From Euryarchaeota archaeon UBA438 (lineage in GTDB: Archaea; Thermoplasmatota; Poseidoniia; Poseidoniales; Thalassarchaeaceae), in the NCBI GenBank assembly GCA_002504435.1, contig DAQP01000049.1:1-62724 (forward strand): DNA of 62,724 bases. Direction: 5' to 3'. Shown here piece by piece: positions 27,626 through 36,600 of the stretch. A program made the translations under genes and the position numbers. The number at the start of each line of letters is the position of its first letter. Positions within the stretch are counted from its first letter, which is position 1. The notes below the pieces were generated by a model. The model made no database searches, was not told the DNA's origin, and was given only the letters and a program-made list of their open reading frames with translations.

Positions 27626-27838
27626 TCAATCAGCCTTTCTGACGTTGATTGCGTTGGGGCCCTTTGGCCCCTCTCCGACCTCGAACTCGACTGAGTCGCC
27701 GTCTCTGATGTTACCCTCTATCTGGGTCTTGTGCACGAAAAGATCGTCACCGCTCTCCTGCTCAATGAATCCATATCCCTTCGTGTGGTTGAACCACTTC
27801 ACTGTTCCTACTGCCATTGGACGGGGGCGGTCTGACAT
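27626..27838 (-). CDS. csp: cold-shock protein (CspA family, S1-like OB fold)
   Basis: 70 aa, with [15 protein letters not shown] (RNP1) and DLFVHKTQI (RNP2). Confidence 0.95.
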   Translation of the reverse strand: MSDRPRPMAVGTVKWFNHTKGYGFIEQESGDDLFVHKTQIEGNIRDGDSVEFEVGEGPKGPNAINVRKAD

Positions 27839-27849
27839 AGTACTTGAAC

Positions 27850-27876
27850 AGGACTGGAGAAAGTCCTCAATATATG
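27850..27876 (-). promoter_or_regulatory. csp promoter: TATA-like CATATATTG followed by the palindrome AGGACT-TTCTCC-AGTCCT
   Basis: In minus-strand order the sequence reads CATATATTG (27876-27868), then a 6-bp perfect inverted repeat (27867-27850), then 11 nt, then the ATG. Confidence 0.4.
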
Positions 27877-27893
27877 CCGAAAATATCGAAATC

Positions 27894-28721
27894 TCAGACT
27901 GCGGCTTCTACTCTTGAGATCTCTTTGGAGACCGTCAGAACGTCAAGGCCCTTGTCCGAAATCCTCCAGTTGGGCCTCCTCTCCTCCGAAGCTGCTTCTA
28001 CAATCTCGGCACCCCTAAGTTCGGAAAGGTGGTGACTGAGTAGTTGTCTCGAAATCATTAGTTTCTTCCTTATCTCCGAACCAGACATTCCCACTGATCC
28101 TGAATCAGCAAGAACTTCCAGAATTGCTAGCCTGGTTCCTGCTATGGGATTCCTGATGCGACCGACCTCTTCCTGTGAGAGGCCGGAAACTGCGTATCTG
28201 CGAAGTTTGCCATCCCTCCACGAGATGACCTGCCCGATGGATTCCAGTATGTGCAGGTGGTATGAAGTTACACCGTTTGCGAGACCGAGGGCATCCCTGA
28301 GAGCCGAGAAGTGTATTCCGGCATTTGCCTCGAGATACCCCAGGACCCTTCCCCTCGTTAGCATGTCCTCTCGGTTCTTCTTCATCCTAGCCAGCATTGG
28401 CGAGACAAGGGCGACTAAGACTGTGACTTTGACGAATTCTAGCATCAACGAGCCGATGAGTAGCGAACCTAGAGCACCGGCTCCGCCGATGATCAGTCCA
28501 CTGGGCAGATCTGAGTCATGCCCGCCATCTTCGCCACCCTCCCTGTGCATTTCTGGTTGGTCGTCTTCTGCTGAGTCACCTTCTGATGCAAGGAAGGCAT
28601 CCAGAGGCTCATTTTCGGCGTGTGCCTCTTCGGAGGGGGAGTTGGTCATCCAGGTTCCAGCTAGAATTGAGGCGATGGCTAGGGCACTGAGAATCCTAAC
28701 TGTCCAGACTCCTTCCATCAT
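27894..28721 (-). CDS. membrane-anchored transcription-factor-like protein with two cytoplasmic winged-helix (ArsR/MarR-like) domains
   Basis: A signal-anchor ([17 protein letters not shown]) is followed by a ~50-aa acidic ectodomain and a second TM. The two wHTH units are [37 protein letters not shown] and [38 protein letters not shown]. The ORF's upstream 164 codons overlap the divergent gene, so the start was set at ATGATG 28721. Confidence 0.7.
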   Translation of the reverse strand: MMEGVWTVRILSALAIASILAGTWMTNSPSEEAHAENEPLDAFLASEGDSAEDDQPEMHREGGEDGGHDSDLPSGLIIGGAGALGSLLIGSLMLEFVKVTVLVALVSPMLARMKKNREDMLTRGRVLGYLEANAGIHFSALRDALGLANGVTSYHLHILESIGQVISWRDGKLRRYAVSGLSQEEVGRIRNPIAGTRLAILEVLADSGSVGMSGSEIRKKLMISRQLLSHHLSELRGAEIVEAASEERRPNWRISDKGLDVLTVSKEISRVEAAV

Positions 28722-28821
28722 ACTTCGCACCCCATATCCACCTATGACTGCCTTGGTGAGAAGATTTGACAATTCGCAGTGTCCTTGAATAACGACCTGC
28801 TCCGAGGGGCGGGGGAAGGCT

Positions 28822-29853
28822 ATGCCGGAGGAGCCAGAAACGACTGAGGATGCTTCCGATGAACTATCTGAGGCTATGCTGACTGCCGCTAGGTCGGTAG
28901 TAAGGACCTGTATGCAGATAAGGCCTTCAGAACATGTCCTAGTGGTTACAGACCCAGAGACCTCGGAAGTTGGACGTGCCCTGTATGAAGCAACTGCAGA
29001 GGTCACTGATAGAATCCTGCTGATGATGATGCCGCCTAGCCACAAGAAGGGCATGGAGCCCCCTTCCCCTGTTGCTGAGCTGATGAGGCAGCAGGACGTT
29101 GTTCTCCTCGCTACCAAGACGTCTCTGACACATACGAGGGCTCGTCGAAATGCGACTAGGGAGAATGTAAGAATAGCCTCTATGCCCGGAATTACGACGG
29201 ACATTCTTTCCAAAGGGGGGATGACAGCTGACTATGGGGCAATGAAGAAGGAGATTTCTGGACTCAATCCCCTGCTTAGGAAGAGGACGGGTGTTGTCGT
29301 CAAATCGGCTGCTGGAACAAATCTGAGTTTCCGAACCGGAGCAAGGTGGGTTCTGGAGGATAGCGGCATATGCAATCGCCCGGGCCAAATTACTAATCTT
29401 CCTGCAGGGAAGGTTTTCGTTCTACCCAAGGAAGGTTCTGCAAATGGGAAGATAGTTATTGACGGCTCCTGGGAGGGACGCAGGCTGGAAGAGCCACTCA
29501 CCCTCCTGGTGGAGGATGGTGTCGTGATAGGAACTTCTGGAGGGGAGGAGTCGGAGGACGTGACCAGGGAGATGGACCAGGCCAGAGGAAGAGTTAGATC
29601 ATCGTTGATTGAGAAGGTTGGGACGATAGCAGAGTTTGGCTTTGGGATGAATCCAAGATCGCACATTTCAGGAAATCAAATTGAGGATCAGGTAGTTAGA
29701 GGTTCAGCATACATTGCGATTGGTGACAATACCGCACTCGGAGGGTCGACGGGCGTTGGCTTCCAACTGAGAGGAGTGATGAGCAAGGCCAGCGTAGAGT
29801 TGGAAGACGTCGACCTTGTTGTAGATGGGAAGGTCACTGCTCGAAAACGGTGA
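28822..29853 (+). CDS. aminopeptidase, M29/AmpS-like (COG2309-type)
   Basis: 343 aa. AARSVVRTCMQIRPSEHVLVVTD at the N-terminus and an EFGFGMNP-type C-terminal block fit the thermophilic-metalloprotease-like family. The family call is moderate. Confidence 0.6.
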   Translation: MPEEPETTEDASDELSEAMLTAARSVVRTCMQIRPSEHVLVVTDPETSEVGRALYEATAEVTDRILLMMMPPSHKKGMEPPSPVAELMRQQDVVLLATKTSLTHTRARRNATRENVRIASMPGITTDILSKGGMTADYGAMKKEISGLNPLLRKRTGVVVKSAAGTNLSFRTGARWVLEDSGICNRPGQITNLPAGKVFVLPKEGSANGKIVIDGSWEGRRLEEPLTLLVEDGVVIGTSGGEESEDVTREMDQARGRVRSSLIEKVGTIAEFGFGMNPRSHISGNQIEDQVVRGSAYIAIGDNTALGGSTGVGFQLRGVMSKASVELEDVDLVVDGKVTARKR

Positions 29854-29857
29854 TTAA

Positions 29858-30466
29858 ATGAGAGCGGTTCTCTGGTGCAACGGTGACATTCCCAGTACGG
29901 TGGTGATCGAAAGAGTCACGCTGGGCAATGCGGTGCTTTTCGGCGTTGATGGTGGGGCGGACAAGGCGAGAGCCTTGGGGCATACAGTCAGCGAGGTGAT
30001 TGGTGATTTGGACTCGGTCGATACTAACTCATGGAGTGGCTCTATGAACAATATTTCAGATGAAGACAACAGTGATCTCTCCAAATCCCTAGAAGTTGTG
30101 ATTGGAAGGGGATTCGATGAAATCGACGTCATTGGAGTCGAGGGCGGATCATTTGGGCATCAGCTAGGTGTGATTGGTTCTCTTGCTGAGACATCGGGGG
30201 GGAGCAAGGTGAGACTGCACCACGAGTCTGGAGTAACTCACAGATATCACCCTTCGATGGGGACCATGGAAATGATGGTCGATCGAGGCGTGTCATTTTC
30301 TGTTTTCGCTTTGACGAGGTGCGAAAGTGTTAGTCTTGGAGGTTCAAAGTGGGAGCTTGATGGCGTTCCTTTGGATTTGTCTACGCGTGGCCTCAGTAAT
30401 GAGGGAACGGGAGAAGTGGTCAATATTTCCGCAGATGGGACGCTCGCTTTGTTCGTAGAGGCATGA
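29858..30466 (+). CDS. thiamine pyrophosphokinase
   Basis: GVDGGADKA...VIGDLDSV and SDLSKSLE...IDVIGVEGGSFGHQL are present, with a C-terminal thiamine-binding-like domain (GGSKWELDGVPL...GLSNE). Confidence 0.72.
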   Translation: MRAVLWCNGDIPSTVVIERVTLGNAVLFGVDGGADKARALGHTVSEVIGDLDSVDTNSWSGSMNNISDEDNSDLSKSLEVVIGRGFDEIDVIGVEGGSFGHQLGVIGSLAETSGGSKVRLHHESGVTHRYHPSMGTMEMMVDRGVSFSVFALTRCESVSLGGSKWELDGVPLDLSTRGLSNEGTGEVVNISADGTLALFVEA

Positions 30467-30476
30467 ATTCTACCAA

Positions 30477-31523
30477 CTAATCTGTTGAAGGTTCTCTTGA
30501 TAGCATCAGGGCTATTGGACGGGTCCTCTCGTCACTCTCCAGACCTATCTTCATGATTACAGCCAATGGGACTCCCAGAACCATTCCCATTATGCCCCAT
30601 GCCCAGCCCCAGAATGCAACTAGTAGAAGTAGCACTATTGGAGACATGTCCAGCCTCTGCCCGGCAAGTTGTGGCTCAATAATTCCGCCCCAGACCTGCT
30701 GATTGCCCACTAGAAGGGCTATCAGGAGAATGGAGGATGTAGAAGGGAGGACAATTAGCCCCAGGAGTATTGGAGGAATTATTGACAGAAGGGCCCCCAC
30801 ATATGGTATGAAGTCCATCAGGAAAGTAATCGAGGCCCACAGGAAAACGAACGGGATGTCCATCGCAGAGAGAACGATGGCTGCGACAACTGCCTGTCCG
30901 AAGGCTACTGTCGCCCTAGTGACGACGTACGTGTTAATTCCCTCGCCCGATCCAGCGGCAACCGACATGATCCTATCCACATCATCCGGGTAGGCAGCCT
31001 TGATCCTCTTCGGCAATGTCTCGGCCTCGAGGATGATGAAGAGTAGGAAGATGAGGACTGTCACCAGTCCAGTAGTGAAGCCTGCAAGGGTCCCTACGAA
31101 GCCAGTGGCATACGAATTGATTGTGTCTATCGTGATTAAGTCGGTCAGGGCGGTCGTGTCTAGGTGGTATCCAAAGATGGAAAGATCCTCAAGCCATGCA
31201 ACCTTCACTTCAAGTGACTGCTCAAGCTCTGGTGCCTCATTAGTGAAATTCTGCATGTTCTCGTACATTGAATTAGAAGCGAAGAAGAGGAATCCCATCA
31301 CCATTGCAACTAGTACCCCGTATGCCAGCAGGGGGTGGCCGCCTATTCTCTCCTCCAGCCACTGGGCCGGAGGCCTGATCAGGAAGAATATCAGGGTAGC
31401 TACAACTAGGGGCTGTATTACTGCCTTAAGGTGAACAATTGCTAAAACTCCGACTAACAAAATTATACAGATGTTAGCCATAGTGCTCGAAGTCAGACTT
31501 TTGAAACTAGCATTCTGCGACAT
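30477..31523 (-). CDS. AI-2E family transporter (PerM/UPF0118)
   Basis: This is an ~8-TM protein with LMDFIPYVGALLS and WGWAWGIMGMVLGVPL, characteristic of the family. Confidence 0.85.
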   Translation of the reverse strand: MSQNASFKSLTSSTMANICIILLVGVLAIVHLKAVIQPLVVATLIFFLIRPPAQWLEERIGGHPLLAYGVLVAMVMGFLFFASNSMYENMQNFTNEAPELEQSLEVKVAWLEDLSIFGYHLDTTALTDLITIDTINSYATGFVGTLAGFTTGLVTVLIFLLFIILEAETLPKRIKAAYPDDVDRIMSVAAGSGEGINTYVVTRATVAFGQAVVAAIVLSAMDIPFVFLWASITFLMDFIPYVGALLSIIPPILLGLIVLPSTSSILLIALLVGNQQVWGGIIEPQLAGQRLDMSPIVLLLLVAFWGWAWGIMGMVLGVPLAVIMKIGLESDERTRPIALMLSREPSTD

Positions 31524-31609
31524 GTCTCTCTGTGTGTGCGAGGTGGCTACAGCGCATCAATGGTTCGCCGGCGAGGTTTTCTGGGAAGTGTCAGAAAATC
31601 TACAATAAA

Positions 31610-32845
31610 TCACGAAATGGCACGTTTATACACGCTCTCGAATGACTCGGCATTGCCATCGTATGTGAACGACTCAATCACTCTCTCACGTCCGGATTCG
31701 CCCTTTTCCCTCCGTTTAGAGTCGTTATTCAACTCGGATGCCATTGAGTCCGACATTGATTCTATGTCGCCCATTGAGAAAAGGGAGCCCACCGATGAGT
31801 CAACCATCTCTGGAAGTGGCCCATCATCCACGGTGACTACTGGAGTTCCAGATGCCATTGCCTCCAGGGGAATTAGCCCCTGGCCCTCATAGAATGATGG
31901 GTAGACGACCAAATCTGCCGATCTGAATAGAGCGGCTAGACTCTCGAATGGCATTCCCGACTCTATAGCAACCTTTCCTCCAACGCCTAGTCTGGAAGCC
32001 TGCCTCTGGAGACGGCCCTTGAGGTGGCCCCTGCCGACAATTACGAGTCTTGACTTGGGGACCTTGTCCTGTAGTTTCGCGAAACCTCTGATCAGAGTGC
32101 CGAACCCCTTCCTAGCTGCTAATCTGCCTACTGCAAGAACCAGTCTCGTGCCATTCTCGTTGGCGCCATATCTGGCCCTAATCTCATTGTACTCAGCGAT
32201 ATCGTCTTCAGAGTCGGCGTCCAATGGGCGGAACATACTCGTATCAACTCCCCAGTGAATCACTTCGCAATCCCAATTCTCTGGAGCGTCGTACCTTGTT
32301 TCGAAGTCTGCCTTTGTAGCATGGGAGTTTGCTATGCATATTCTGGACCCCTTTATTGCGGATCTCTCGAACCTAGCATATCTTCTCGCAGTGAGCAATA
32401 TTGCCAGATCGTTTGGATTTGCCCATACTGCTGCTTCCTTGGCCTTTCCAGCTGCGACGAGCCCGTCACGCTCCCCTAACCACGAGCCGTGCAATGAGGA
32501 CACCACCGGGGCGATTTTTTGAGAGCATCTTAGAAACTGGGAATCGGACCATGAAATCATTGGACAATGTAGGTGCACTACGTCTACTGGGTCATTCCGA
32601 TTCAATTCCTCCAATGCACTCAGTGCCCTTCTGCCATACGATCTGGTGAACTCCATGGGTATTTTGGCCCAACCGACGGTAATCACTCTGACACCGTCTT
32701 GGGGGGGTGGGTCGCCACTTCCCGATCTTGTGATTACAGTCACCCTGTGGCCCCTCTCAACGAGAGATGATGAAAGGTGGAACACGGTGGACCCCATTCC
32801 GCCCCATCTGGGCGGGAATTCGGCCGACAGCATGGCTATGTGCAT
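31610..32845 (-). CDS. glycosyltransferase family 4 (GT-B fold)
   Basis: The N-terminus is IAMLSAEFPPRWGGMGS and the C-terminus has the EX7E region YPSFYEGQGLIPLEAMASGTPVV. Confidence 0.85.
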   Translation of the reverse strand: MHIAMLSAEFPPRWGGMGSTVFHLSSSLVERGHRVTVITRSGSGDPPPQDGVRVITVGWAKIPMEFTRSYGRRALSALEELNRNDPVDVVHLHCPMISWSDSQFLRCSQKIAPVVSSLHGSWLGERDGLVAAGKAKEAAVWANPNDLAILLTARRYARFERSAIKGSRICIANSHATKADFETRYDAPENWDCEVIHWGVDTSMFRPLDADSEDDIAEYNEIRARYGANENGTRLVLAVGRLAARKGFGTLIRGFAKLQDKVPKSRLVIVGRGHLKGRLQRQASRLGVGGKVAIESGMPFESLAALFRSADLVVYPSFYEGQGLIPLEAMASGTPVVTVDDGPLPEMVDSSVGSLFSMGDIESMSDSMASELNNDSKRREKGESGRERVIESFTYDGNAESFESVYKRAIS

Positions 32846-32948
32846 GGTTTTCGATATTCCGGGTTCAGCGACCGCATTTCAAGAGCGCGTACACAGGGCA
32901 GGGGTTCGCATTGTTCAAAACGGGTTGGCGGGTGGGCGTTTCGATAAT

Positions 32949-33680
32949 ATGTCCGAAACGCTGCCTGTACACGTAACGGTCGTAATACCAACTAGAAACG
33001 AAGAGGAAGCCATCGTGGACACGATTCGTTCCGTGCCAAGTGATGGTTGGTGCGAGAAAATCGACTTCCTAATCGTTGATGGAAACTCAACGGACCGGAC
33101 CAGGGAGCTCGCCGAGGGAGAGGGTGCAACGGTGTACGTGGAGCCTCGCAAGGGCTATGGCAGGGCGTACAAGACTGGTTTCGCAATGGCGCCCGGTGAC
33201 GTGATAGTCACCATGGACGCGGACTGCACATACCCTGGAGAGGAAGTACCCGGACTGGTCAGGAAGCTTCTGGATGAGGATCTGGAGTGGATTACATGCG
33301 ACAGGCTTCGGAAGGCCGAAGAGGGTGCGATGCCGGGGCTTCATGGCTTCGGCAACTGGGTCCTTTCCACGACAGCCACCATGCTATACTGGTACGGGGT
33401 CCACGATTCTCAGAGTGGCATGTGGGTATTCCGCAAGTCGATATTCGAGGACGAGCGGGTTCGTCCGAAACACGATGGGATGCCATTGTCACAGGAGTTC
33501 AAGATAAGGGCGAGGAGATACCTAGGCAAGAAGAGGACCGCTGAGGTCAGCGTCCCATACCGACCGAGGGTTGGAGAGGCCGAGATCAACACATGGGGGG
33601 ACGGGCTGCTCAACCTGAGGTTCCTGTTCACGCACAGGTTAGGACTTACGCGCCAAGTTACTCCTTGGGGTCCTGAGTAG
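32949..33680 (+). CDS. glycosyltransferase family 2 (dolichyl-phosphate sugar synthase-like)
   Basis: VTVVIPTRNEEEAI, LIVDGNSTDRT, the DAD motif (VTMDADCTYP) and HDSQSGMWVFRK are present. The ORF's first 101 codons overlap the divergent GT4 gene, so the start was set at ATG 32949. Confidence 0.85.
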   Translation: MSETLPVHVTVVIPTRNEEEAIVDTIRSVPSDGWCEKIDFLIVDGNSTDRTRELAEGEGATVYVEPRKGYGRAYKTGFAMAPGDVIVTMDADCTYPGEEVPGLVRKLLDEDLEWITCDRLRKAEEGAMPGLHGFGNWVLSTTATMLYWYGVHDSQSGMWVFRKSIFEDERVRPKHDGMPLSQEFKIRARRYLGKKRTAEVSVPYRPRVGEAEINTWGDGLLNLRFLFTHRLGLTRQVTPWGPE

Positions 33681-36600
33681 TCAATTGGCGATTTTCGGTT
33701 TCTTCCTCTAGTTCCCTGGAATCGAAGGCTGACCACGACTCGATCATGTCAAGATCATCCTGTAGCATCCTGCGTCTATTGGCAGAGTAGAACATGCCCC
33801 AAATTACTACAATCGTTATTGCCGCAAAGAGAAACGGCAAGCCACTTCCCAACATCCAGTCCAAGAAGCTCGTGGACTCCTCTGACGTCACTGGCACTAT
33901 GAAGACCATGACTGGGCTTACTGAGTCGCCGTCGAGGGCCCATGCTTCGATTCTCGCTGAGCTCGAGCCGGAGACCTCCCAAATGGTCTCGTAAGTCCAT
34001 ATTCCATCATTGGCGACCGTATCTCCAAGCAGGCCGTCGTCCCTCATCTGGAATCCCTTGGAAATTCCGCCTGCGAGCATTTCTCCGCCAACCGAGGAGG
34101 TCGTGCCGTCTGGGTCTACGAGCTCTACAGTGATCCTCATTGGGGTCGCCTCTCCGTCGATCAGGAATCCTGGATCTACGTTCAGGTTGTTGAGCTGTGG
34201 AGAGGAAGACCCGACCGTGAGGTTGATCGAAGCATAGGATTGCTCGCCCCTTGAGTCTCTGACCATGAGTTCTATCTTCACGGGCCCGGGAATCAGGTTG
34301 ATCCAAATTGTCTCCTTGTCGCCGACCAGAGAACCGTCGATCATCCACTGGTACAGGGTTATGTCTCCGTCATAGTCGTATGATTCAGATCCATCAAGCG
34401 TTATTTCTCCTCCCGGCGGAATGTACTGGCCCTCGGAGATTCCGGAAATTATCGCCACCGGGCCGGTCTCTAGCACCGTAATCTGCTGAATGTGGGTCCT
34501 TACCATGCCCTGGTTGTCTGTGAGCTGGAATGTGAGATTGTGCAAACCAGCTGGGAGGTAGTCATTGTACCAGAAGTCAGTAGTCTTCGACTCCAATATC
34601 GGTTCAGGCAATAGGTCGGAGAAGACCGAGACGGTGAAATCATCTCCATCTGGGTCAAATGACTGCCTAAAGTCAAACAATATCGGTAGATTGGATAGAA
34701 CCACGGCATCGGGAACAGGGGAGTCAAGAATCAGTATTGGAGCAGATTCGTCGACCCTTACCATTATCTCGTCTGAAACAGGTGGCGAGGAGCCGTCGTC
34801 GACTGTCAGTGTTACTTGGTGCACCCCTTCTGGGAGCCTTGCCTCTATCGACCAACCGCTCCCCAAGGGCTCGCTCATTATGTCACTCTCCCATAGAACG
34901 CTCACGAGGTCCGAGCTAATCGAAGCGAAGGGATTGCAGACTAGACCACTGCCATTCTCAGGGAGGGTTTCGCAAGCAAGGTCCCAGTCTCCCGACCCTA
35001 TGGCCTGGAACTGAATCATGGTCCCTGAGTCGGTCAGAATGCCATCCTGAGGGGACGCGATCACTGCCACGGGCGGTGAGTTGCTGACATGGAGATCATC
35101 CTCGTCGATAGTCCACTGTCCAGAGTGCCCAGGTAGAACGTCGCTTGCGTACATCGTGATTGTGTGCTCACCCTTTGAAAGGGTGCCAATCCACTCAATC
35201 GCTATAGCTGGCGACACTCCTGAGTGGAGAAGTCCGTCTCGATCGCTCCAGAACTCGAACTTGATGTCGTCCCCCTCTGGGTCGAAAGTAAGGGAGCCGT
35301 CAATCAGAACTGAGTCGGATGAGGTGTTGCCAGACCTCGTGACCACCATGTTTGCGGTTGGGAGTTCGTTGAATAGTTCGACATCGAAGATCCATGAAAC
35401 TGCGGGGTTGATTGAATCAGATGCGTAAACGGTGACTGAGAACTGGTTTGGTGCACCCGGGAAGGAGCGGATGATCTGATCGGGGCATCCAGGCGAGGGG
35501 TCTGGCGGAGTCCCATTCCCACCTTCGTAGGAGGCCTCTACCCAGCAAGTCAATTCATCGCCCTCTGGGTCATAGGTTCCCCCTAGGAATATTGTCACAT
35601 TCGCGGTCTTCCCAAGGTACAGGGTTCCCCATGAGGAGATGCTTGGAGAGGTTCCAACGGACATTACCGGGGGTAAATTTGTTAGCTCAATATGGCGAGA
35701 CTCCGTAGAGCAATGGCCCTCTGAGTCACAGACCTGAAGTGTGATTTGGTGGGTACCATCGGAGAGGCATCCCTCATTGGAGTACAATGGATCGTTAACC
35801 GAAATCCAGGAGTTGTTTGTCTGGCTGCTTCCTCCCAGACATGAAGCGACTATGTCTCCATCGATACTGCTGGTCCAGCTGAAAGAAAGGGGGTCGTCAT
35901 CCAGGTCCCACGACCTAGTGGCATTGAGTACAACCGCTGAACCACTCGCATATATTCCTCCTTCTTCAGGTGAGTCCCAGATGATGAAGGGTGGCTGGTT
36001 GGGTATTTCCAAGAGGCACTCCACGCTGAAGTCTGAGACCATTACGACAGGGCTTGAATCGTTGTGAACTCCATCATAGTCACATCCGGTGTATGCGGTG
36101 TTGTTTGCGGACCATCCCTGCAATGGGGTCCATCGCTGACCGACGAACGGCCCTAGCACCTCATGACCGGAATACGGCAGAGTATCGAGGTGTTCGGGAT
36201 TGTAGTTGTCAAATGTGATATTGACATCGGCGAATGGTATGTTTCTGTGGTTCTGGTTTACCACGCTAACTTCCGCCCTCCACATCACATCAACAATGTT
36301 GCTTGATTGAGAGGAGGTCGGGGTTCCCATCTGTGATGACGAAATCCAGCGAACGTGGCTGTTCTCGACTACGTGAAATGTGTCTGCCATTCCACTACCT
36401 GGGAAGAAATTAGAGTCAGTGAAGTTGACGATGCTGTCAGTGACCGCAGGAGCAGCTCCTGGACAGGCCATTGAAACATTGCTAACAAAGAGTTCGGGGT
36501 GGTTGTAGATTTCCAAACAATGATTCTGCCCGCCCCTTATTACGCTGAAATTTAGGAATGAGGGATAGTCTCCAGCAGCACTCCAAGACATGCCCTCGTT

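Noticed and set aside
28144-28788. Long antisense 'shadow' ORFs of more than 100 aa. This one is an example; others are 12039-12593, 21183-21653, 34565-35014, 46133-46723, 53288-53785, 55285-55836, 60715-61233 and 61676-62146.
   Set aside because: Each lies entirely inside a confidently identified gene on the opposite strand. Each translates to Ser/Pro/Arg/Ala-rich text without motifs and is explained by the codon bias of the real gene.
28722-29213. The N-terminal 164 codons of ORF 27894..29213 (minus strand).
   Set aside because: This part overlaps the divergent M29-like aminopeptidase gene on the other strand and translates to low-complexity Ser/Val/Ile text with no motif. The internal ATGATG at 28721 gives a clean signal-anchor start and leaves a normal 100-nt divergent promoter.
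32646-32948. A 101-codon upstream extension of the GT2 ORF.
   Set aside because: It overlaps the GT4 gene start on the opposite strand. GT2 enzymes normally begin a few residues before the VVIPTRNEE motif, which follows ATG 32949.
32848-32948. A repeated TTTCGATA(T/A)T box next to both the GT4 and GT2 start codons.
   Set aside because: The two copies are direct rather than mirrored with respect to the divergent genes. They sit too close to the start codons to act as TATA boxes, so they are probably coincidental.
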